DNA of 21,426 bases, from contig WELB01000031.1 of the NCBI GenBank assembly GCA_009602725.1, positions 242,022 through 263,447 on the forward strand, written 5' to 3'. The DNA comes from Spirogloea muscicola. Its lineage: Eukaryota. Position numbers and translations under genes: made by a program. The first letter of the stretch is position 1. Every line of letters starts with the position of its first letter. Below, piece by piece: positions 10,201 through 17,740 of the stretch. Under the pieces are notes generated by a model that saw only the letters and a program-made list of their open reading frames with translations, had not been told where the DNA came from and searched no databases.

Positions 10201-11798
10201 GCGTTCGATGATCCACACAGCGATCTGCATGACCCAGCCGGAGATAAGGCGACCGCAGAAGATAACGAGGCCGAGGATGAACCACTTCCACGGCGGGATG
10301 GTCAGCCACTGGTCCTCGCGGATGCTCGGGAAGACGAGCGTGACCACGAATGCGGCGATGAGCATCAGCAGGATGATCCACTGCACCACCACCCAGAACG
10401 TCCACCCGTCCGGCTGCAACCGCCCGAATCCCGCTGGCAAGTCCTCGCTCTCGGCGAGCGTCTCGTCATCGCCCTCGTCCTCCTCGATCGTCTTGTCCAG
10501 CTGGCCAGATCTGCGCCCGGCCTCCTTGCCCTTGGGGGACGACCGAACGCTGCCGCCGACGGCACCGCTGGCGCCGCGCACGGAGCGGCTGCCGTGCTCC
10601 CGCTCCGAGGCGAGGCGCTGCAGCTGACCGGAGCGCTTGAGCTCAAAGGGGTGGGGGTCGTCCATGCGCGAGCGCGCGTTGGTGGTGCCCAGGCGCGTGA
10701 GGTGCGCCTGCCGCGCCTTGGCCCAGCCCGTAGAGGCGGCCGCTAGCGGCACCTCCCCCTCCTCCTCCGTCTCGTTCCCGGGCTTGCGGCGCTTGCGCAG
10801 CCCAGCGACCAGCCCGTCCCACGGGCTCTTCTTCTCCCTCTTCTTCTCGCCGGCCCCCGCCGGGCTGCCTGACTGCTGCTCGCTGCCCCGGCCCACATGG
10901 ATGCGGTGCTCCCTGCAGGCTGCACTCCGTCAGAGAGAGGGCGCGCTCGCCAAGCGTGCGGCTGGCAGAGGCTGTGGCGTGGCGCCGCAGAGGGCCTCAA
11001 CAGGCCCCCACCACGCCGCCGCCGACACCAGAGCAGCTGCAGGGCGAAGCAGGCGAGAGAGGAGCTCTGCCAGCGGAGATCTCACCTGGGTGACTCGCCC
11101 ACGGCGCCGCTGCTGCCGAGGGCGCGCGAATGCTGCTGCAGCACTGGCGGCGGCGGATGCGCGGCTGCGCGGGGGTGGGGCTTGGGGCGAGCGGGGGGCC
11201 CCAGGTCGGGGAGCTGGGAGAGGTCGACGGCGGCGCCGTAGTCCAGGTGGCGCTCGCCGCGCTCGCGCTGCTGCTGCAGGAAGCGGGTGATGAGGCGGTT
11301 GGCGGGGTTGTCGTCCGGCGGCGAGGCGGCGGCGCCGCCCTCCGGGTGCGGCGCCAGGCGCCCCAATGCGGCGCCCGCCTCGGGCAGCTGGTCGTACGAC
11401 ACGCTGCCGCGCAGGCGCGCCGTCTCGCTCTCGTCCGACGAGTCCGACTCGCNNNNNNNNNNNNNNNNNNNNNNNNNNNNNNNNNNNNNNNNNNNNNNNN
11501 NNNNNNNNNNNNNNNNNNNNNNNNNNNNNNNNNNNNNNNNNNNNNNNNNNNNNNNNNNNNNNNNNNNNNNNNNNNNNNNNNNNNNNNNNNNNNNNNNNNN
11601 NNNNNNNNNNNNNNNNNNNNNNNNNNNNNNNNNNNNNNNNNNNNNNNNGGCGGCGCGGTCCGCGGCGGCAACGGTCGCCCCGCGCGCCACTTGGCCGACC
11701 CGCCGCCTCCCGACGGGGCCCGCCGCCGGCTCTCCCAGCACCGCCCGCGCACCGTGCCTGGACGCTCCTCCGCTTCGCACCCTCCTCCGCTCATCCAT
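7279..11798 (-). CDS. MSL: MscS-like mechanosensitive ion channel (plant plasma-membrane MSL4-10 type), 8 exons: 11798-11086, 10912-10036, 9848-9635, 9362-8969, 8755-8632, 8462-8169, 7988-7786, 7582-7279
   Basis: All introns are GT-AG with compatible phases. Motifs: DNPANRLITRFLQQQ, WKW..LV.FCGRLISGW..IERNYLMRKRVLYFVYGLRSSVQ, ASRFHVRNFFERIQEGLF, SELEAKSAARTIFANVA, ERKALALSLSDSRTAVKKL, FIFGNMAKTVFEA..FLFVMHPFDIGDRC, VVEEMNVLTTVFL, PNSALSTKPIYNYYRSP. Stop TGA at 7279. The start (GCGATGG) and exon-1 frame are uncertain across the N gap. Confidence 0.95.
9481..9520. repeat. Perfect 19-bp tandem duplication in MSL intron 3
   Basis: TGCTTTTCCAATTCCGCAT x2 (9481-9499, 9500-9518). Confidence 0.95.
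11453..11648. other. Assembly gap (N run) in MSL exon 1
   Basis: Run of N. Confidence 1.
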
Positions 11799-11871
11799 CG
11801 CCGCGGGCCTCCGCCCCACCAGCCGCCCGGGAACCGAATGCGCGGCCATATTGACTGGTGTGGCTGGGCAA

Positions 11872-12000
11872 CAAGTGCTCGCCAATCGAGGATAGGGGCT
11901 GGAACAGCCAGCCCAAAAAAGAATGAACAAGTACGAGAAGGGGGCCAGGGCGTTGCACCTGCGTGCGAAAAGCCAGCCCAAAGGAACGGACAAGGTCTGG
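11872..12000 (-). mobile_element. CRE 3' UTR fragment(s) between ARPC1 and MSL
   Basis: 11875-11950 matches the family A terminus (hairpin 11896-11914). 11968-11997 matches family B AAGCCAGCCCAAA..GAACGGACAA (16995-17020). Confidence 0.8.
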
Positions 12001-12179
12001 AAAGGCAGTCCCCTTGCCGCAGAGCCAGCCTCCGGTCCATCAGGGTGCCATCCTGCAATCCAGGTTGCCAGCTGCACCTACCCGTGGCTCTGGAGGCAAC
12101 GTTGGCTGGCTCATGGCTACTTCGTGCAGTACCGCGTATGCTATAGCAAAAGCTGTGACTCCGAACGCTGAGCCAAACC

Positions 12180-15100
12180 CTACGTCCTGAGGGTGGCAAG
12201 GGTCGCGGTCAGCACTGGGACTGCGACATCCCATATCACCACTCTGCCGTCCAGGCCTGCAGGGTTCACAAAGCCATCTCTCCCACAGTCATTTGTGTCC
12301 ACCGCTTCGACCAAGCCCACAACCATCCGAGGTAGCGCACTGCCACCCGCCAAACATGACCACGCTGCTTCTCTGCACCGCAGGCAGCATCACACAGGCA
12401 GCGGTGACTCAAGGACAGTGACTGGGTATGAGGAGCCAACCGGAGGTTGAGAAGCGGTTGCTTGAGACAGCCTCTCGCTCGACATCATGCCAGCCGCATA
12501 TGTGCCTGCAGCATTCACAGCATACCTCAGATTTCACATCTACATTGTGGACTTGGAGCACTGCACAGCAGGCAAGTCCTGCTCTGTTGCCTGGCAACAA
12601 AAGCGCCGAATGCACTACTCGCTTGAGATACCCCATCACACAACAGGGCGAGCAAAAGCCATACGTGATGCACTTGCTGTGCTGTGTCGGCTCATTGGTA
12701 GCCATCTTGACAGACGCTCCTTGAGATGCTTGATACTGGCAAAGCACCAAGAGCGTCGTTTGCCCAACATAACCTCAGTACTTCGAATATAGCACTAGTT
12801 GAGCAGTACAAACATGCCTTCCATTGGGTTCGTGCCATGCTGCTCGACTTCCACAAGCTGACATGACCTTTAGGAGCAGGCATGACCTCTTGGAAACGAC
12901 GTAAAAAGTATGCGCTTAACGATTGCCTGAGTCGAGGCAACGCTACCTCGCGTCTTGAGGTTTCCCTTGATGAAGCTGTGGGCTTGGTTGCCTCGTCTAT
13001 TGAGCCAGCAAAAGTCCTACCCAGTACAACGATGCAGACTCTGAGCATGAGAACCACAGGAGACATTGTGGATCGGCAAAGCTTGGTGGCCCGGGCATCG
13101 TCAGGCAAGCTCAAAGCACGGCTCAACGAGTGAAGCTTGCTCACTAACCAGGAGCCTGTGTTGTCTGCTAAGAAGAGAAGCGGGCAGCAATCATGCCCCA
13201 CACCTACTGCTGCATTTCCCGACAGGTATATTACCTGTTTGACAGGCCAGTGCAACACTGCATCTCATCAGAGGCACAGAGCTTTCAGTGCAAGCACTCT
13301 AGTTGACTTGATTGCTGATGATCGCTTACAATCTCCGCACCAGAAAGGCGTTGTAAAAGTACACGTTCACCTTCAGTAGTGGCAGCCCCCTCAATGAGAG
13401 TCGCTGAGTGACTGCAGAGGGACCTAAGCCACTCACGAAATTGATGCTGCTGTCCTGCCCTGCTCAAACCAAAGGGCCCGTGGGAACAATGGCCTCAGTT
13501 GCACGCCATGTCACCGTCGCTTGACTGGACACGATGCACGCAATTGCGTGCCACACCGGGAGATCACTGACCAGCATAGGCCAATTGGCTGCCGCTCGGG
13601 GACCAACTGACACCAAAGGTCCACCCGCAAGCTCCATCAACCTCCAAAAGCATCTGCACAAGCAAGACTGGCTCTTCCTAAGACGAATATCAAAAGCTTA
13701 TTAACATTTCTGCTAGTGTTGTTGCCCAGCAAAGGCGCAACTGCTAAGAGCCCCCCACATCACGTGAGAACACGACCTGCTTCTGCAGTAGCAAGGTTCT
13801 CTCCCAAAGACCTGAAGTATTGAGTAGCAGCAGGCTTGATGCATACCTCTCCGAAGCTACTGTCCTTGGTTGACTCACTTTCCTGCACGCTGTCCGCACA
13901 GAAGCAAAGAGTGCTGTGATGATTGCTATGATTTGCATCCCTCTGATGCATCAGACATTGCAGGCACACTGACCATCCACCAGGAGCAAGACAGTAGCCA
14001 AGTGAGAAGCACTGTACCTTTCATCGACGCTGCTTATACTCGCACAGAAGATACGGCACCTGCCATCTGTGGAGGTAGTTGCAACAATTTCCTGACAACC
14101 TCATAAGGAGCACAACGCCAAATGTCATGTGATGCGGCATCAGCGACCATGCTTGCATGGTTGTTGGTTCAAGCACAAGACGAAGGCACCTGACCAATAA
14201 CTAGTGGAAAACTGCAATGGTAAACCGGTGTCAACAACACTACAGCTTCGATGAACGAGCACGCAAAGTGTTCAGACTTCATCAAAGCCTCTGCAACAGG
14301 CGTGCCCATCTGCGAGCTAGCTTTCAGGAGTTGAGACTTAGCAGCGACCGAATGGGAAGGTGTCAGGTTGCAGAGCCTACATTGTTGGGGTGCCATGCGA
14401 CTCCTGTGACTGTGGAGTTGTGTTTCTTCCTTATCTGCTTACTTGCCCACCTGAGATGCAGTACAGTGCACAAATCAGCAGAACAATGAGCACTTGAAAG
14501 GCTCACAGGCCTACAGAGATGGAATTGCATGCTGGCTTGCTCGCGCCACGAGCAGAAATGAGGAGAATTCAGTCACGAGACTGCTGGCAAGTCCACGGCT
14601 GTACCAATCATTGTCTTTGTCGTAGTAACAGATGCACACACATTTGGCTCCGCTGGCTACCGCAAACTTGTTCTCTGCTCAAGCAGAAGAGAGCTCTGTC
14701 AGAGCTCGTGCAGTAGCATCCAGCACGCAAGCAGGTGTTGCTGCACTTGACTGAAGGAGTGTACAATCACGACCTGCCGAGGATCAGGTACTGCTGATGT
14801 TGCGATGCTGGTTGAGATGTGCCTTGCCCAACGCTGCTCACCTCGAGGGCTCCAAGCGCAGTCCGTGGCAGCTCGGTCGATGCGAAGGAGCACGATTGCT
14901 GCCTCCCACGTGCCACCTCGCTCGCTCCACACGTATCTGAAGGCGCGTCCTCGTCGCGTGGAAGACGAGGCCCACAGAGTGCGCCTTTGCCAGGGCTTCA
15001 GCTCGGCGTGGGCATGCGGCTCCTAGCAGCTCGCTGCTGACGGGACAAGCCAGGCTGCAGCACGGCTGCGGCACAAGCTCGGAGAGCACGAGGAGCGCGT

Positions 15101-15523
15101 ACGCGTTGCGGTCGTGAGAGCAGGTGAGGATGCGGTCGGTGGCGGGGCCCCAGTCCAGCGACGACACGGCCTGGTCGTGCTGTGGTCGGAGGCAGGCAGG
15201 GGCTCGTCACGGGGCGCGGCCGCGGGCGCGGGGCCGGCTGGCCCGATCAGCAGGCGGCCGAGAGGCTGCGGCGGGTGGTCGGCGAGGTGCGGTGCCTTGC
15301 GCAGGGTGTGGAGGAGGCGCCAGGGCGCGCCGGCGGCGGGCGCCGCGTAGACGTGCACGTCCGGCGAGCTGGGGCAGAGCGCCAGCGCTGAACCAGGGGC
15401 CGAGGCAGGGGGCGGGNGCGGGCGGCGGGGCTTGCCGGAGCGGGCGGCGTTCCAGGCGTGGCAGGAGACGCAGGGCGCCAGCGCCGCGGCGATTGCGGCG
15501 GCGGCGGCGGCGGGGCGCGCCAT
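12180..15523 (-). CDS. ARPC1: Actin-related protein 2/3 complex subunit 1 (WD40, p41-Arc), 15 exons: 15523-15436, 15387-15296, 15179-15103, 14936-14842, 14674-14605, 14450-14381, 14091-14018, 13889-13847, 13653-13572, 13459-13371, 13234-13149, 13016-12947, 12735-12665, 12505-12441, 12256-12180
   Basis: Spliced product: [164 protein letters not shown]. Colinear with plant ARPC1. Introns 1-2 need GC donors. The junction around 12946-12736 is the least certain. Confidence 0.95.
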
Positions 15524-15569
15524 GCGAGACTCCGCGGCGGAGCCTCGGCCCCTCGTGTTCCCCCCTCGC

Positions 15570-15867
15570 TCGGCGCTTGCTGTGGCGAGCTGGTGGCACA
15601 ACGGCTGGTCGACTGCCGCGCCATTCGGGCGTCTGTCGGCCATCTCTACGTGCTGACTCGTGGTCTCTGAGCGGGTCAGCTCAGCAGCCGGTGATGTGCA
15701 CTCGTCAATGTGCCTGCCCCTTGTACTAGGCCACACACGCCCTCCATCACATGACACACACTCCACTGCCTGGCCGGCCTCTCGCAGCCGCGGCCTTGCG
15801 TGGGAAGAGCTGCTGTTCCCCATCGCTGGCACGCCCCCGCCCTGACGGCCCAGCCTGCGGCGAGCGC
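15570..15867 (+). mobile_element. CRE family C, last codons + 3' UTR
   Basis: AIRASVGHLYVLTRGL* followed by GAGCGGGTCAGCTCAGCAGCCGGTGATGTGCAC..., homologous to 17570-17735. Ends near GGCGAGCGC (15858-15866). The 5' boundary is approximate. Confidence 0.7.
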
Positions 15868-15875
15868 AGAGAATG

Positions 15876-15958
15876 TAGTTTGTCTTGAGGGGAGGCCCTT
15901 GGTGGCCGAGTACAAAGGCAAGAACAGTGACAGACGTACATCACCTGCTGCTAAGCTG
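15876..15958 (-). repeat. CRE family C 3' UTR fragment, inverted
   Basis: Reverse complement CAGCTTAGCAGCAGGTGATGTAC...TTCTTGCCTTTGTACTCGGCCAC matches 17627-17682 and 15677-15735. Confidence 0.8.
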
Positions 15959-16207
15959 GGCTGGCCAATCACAGCCATCGCCCTCTACGAGGCTGCTTAG
16001 CAGGGGTTACTGAGTGCTTCGTGGCTGCTTTGTGTCTTCTTTTTGTGCTTGTTTTCCTTAGCGCTTCCCCTGGCCCTCGTCCCGTCCTTTTCATTCTTTT
16101 TTGGCTGGCTTTTCCGGCCCCTTACCTCAATGGGCGAGCCCTTTCTACTGGAAGAGTCTTTCTCCCATTTCTTTGTCCATTTGGGCTGGCCATCCCCCAG
16201 CCACCGC
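15959..16207 (+). repeat. Family D fragment interrupted by a family A insertion
   Basis: The two halves (15959-15988, 16149-16207) rejoin to match the reverse complement of 181-270. Confidence 0.6.
15989..16143 (+). mobile_element. CRE family A, last codons + 3' UTR, nested insertion
   Basis: GAGGCTGCTTAGCAGGGGTTACTGA (RLLSRGY*), then a UTR like 17741-17873. Flanked by TCTAC at 15984-15988 and 16144-16148. Confidence 0.85.
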
Positions 16208-16261
16208 CTTCCTTTGGAAGCACAGTTTTTGAGGGCCGTCCTTCAGAGTGCCTTACATGTG

Positions 16262-16652
16262 CCTTCCCGTACACGGGGCCTACAGCAGTCGCTGGCTGGA
16301 CATCCTGCAGCAGGTTGCCCGGCAGGCCCTCGATCGGCGGTCGGGTCAGCCAGGGGAGCTGCCGGGGTTCAGTGCTGCCGGCTTGCTCCCGCAGGTCTTC
16401 AGCATGCGGCTCTCCGGCTCTCTCCAGCGCTCCCTGGCTCACGCAGTCCCCTCGCGAGCAGGCCGCGCTGTGGCGGCTGCCTCTGGGTCTAGCCGGAGTG
16501 CCTCTTTCCCAGCTACGAGTTATGCGGACTTGCTGCTGCTCACTCGTGGGTACTGAGCTTCCAGTTGCGGTCGTGTAGTGTCTAGCTATGCGGTTTTTCA
16601 TTTCGGCACCCTTTGGCTCCTTGGACATTGTTTTCCGGCTGGCCATTTCCAG
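16262..16652 (+). mobile_element. CRE family B, 5'-truncated copy
   Basis: ORF 16248-16556: VHGAYSSRWLDILQQVARQAL...MRLSGSLQRSLAHAV.SRAGRAVAAASGS...ADLLLLTRGY*. UTR with TTGGACATTG and a GCTGG/CCAGC hairpin. Confidence 0.85.
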
Positions 16653-16900
16653 CAGGCGAGGTGTCCCGCAGGCGAGGTGAGCCGGCTGACTTCAACGCCG
16701 CTGGCTCGTGGCCCAGGTCTATTGCATGCGTTTGTCAATCTCCCTCCAGTGGTCCATGGCCCACGCCTTGCATCTGCGTGCTGGCACCGTGCTCTCGCTG
16801 CAGCCTCTGGCTTTCGTCAGGGGGATAGTTTTCCAGCAGCTAGTCTGCCGCTTCCTTTAGTCTGTCAGATCTGAAGCTCCTGTCTCGTAGCTACTGAGTG
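16653..16900 (+). mobile_element. Further CRE endonuclease C-terminal fragment
   Basis: With frameshifts: RRGEPADFNAAG..VAQVYCMRLSISLQWSMAHALHLRAG..ALAAASG..LSDLKLLSRSY*. Confidence 0.8.
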
Positions 16901-16951
16901 GTCCATCCTACACCCGTTTTGACATGGCGCCTTAGGCCCCTCCGTCATTAG

Positions 16952-17315
16952 ATGAAAGAAGGAATTGCTCGCCCATAGAGAAGAGGGGTTGGCAAAGCCA
17001 GCCCAAAAAGAACGGACAATGTCCAAAGCCAAAGAAAGAGGAGCCGGAAAAGAAGAAAAGAACTACACTACAAAACACAAGACGATGCAGAGGGACGCTC
17101 AGTACCCGCGGGTGAGCAACATCAGGTCTGAGTAAGTCGCTGCAGGGAAAGACGCACTCCGACGAGACCCAGAGGCGGCGGCCATTGCAGGCCCGCTCGC
17201 GTGTGGACGGCGTAGGCAAGCGAGCGTTGAAACGATACCGCCAGGAGCTTGTTCGAAATACCTGGGCGAGCGAACCGACGGCCTTGAAGCCGGGCAGCGC
17301 CCCTGGCAGCGACGA
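16952..17315 (-). mobile_element. CRE family B, 5'-truncated copy
   Basis: PGALPGFKAVGSLAQVF...AMAAASGSRRSASFPAATYSDLMLLTRGY* (stop 17099). The UTR is homologous to 1003-1140. Confidence 0.85.
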
Positions 17316-17735
17316 CATCCTACCGGCGGCAATCGATACTTTCGGCTGCATCGGCCCTCGCTTCCACACCTTACTGGAGAATATTGCAAGTTTGGGATAT
17401 GCTCGACGTGAGGATCTGCTTCCAGCTCAGATGGGCATGCCGGCAGCCTACTTGTCATTCTTGCGTCGTCGAGTGTCAGCTTGTCTGCAGCGAGCTCAGG
17501 CTCATGCGTTGCATCAGAAAGCTGGTCGAGCCTTAGCTGGTAGTTGAAGAGCTTGTTGGTTGCCGTCTGGTATTCGAGCATCAGTTAGCGACCTCTGTGT
17601 GCTGAACTCGTGGTTACTGAGCGGGTCAGCTTAGCAGCAGGTGACGTACATTTTTCAATGTGCTTGCCTTCGTACTTGGCCACACATGGCCATCCCATCT
17701 CTTAACACACGCATTCTGGCAGACCCAGCCGCAGA
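17314..17735 (+). mobile_element. CRE family C, endonuclease C-terminus + 3' UTR
   Basis: ILPAAIDTFGCIGPRFHTLLENIA...LRRRVSACLQRAQAHAL...VSDLCVL-TRGY*. Carries the RLE-type P.A.(D/E)T.G and S..LQR motifs but is divergent from families A and B. Confidence 0.8.
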
Positions 17736-17740
17736 TCAAT

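Noticed and set aside
10027..12199. Several long overlapping ORFs on both strands around MSL exons 1-2
   Set aside because: Shadow frames caused by high GC and N gaps; the MSL frame explains the region.
12800..12860. Possible extra ARPC1 exon with a GC donor ([13 protein letters not shown])
   Set aside because: Its phase is incompatible with the downstream YQASQG..HSKCIT exon; direct 12947-12735 splicing keeps the frame.
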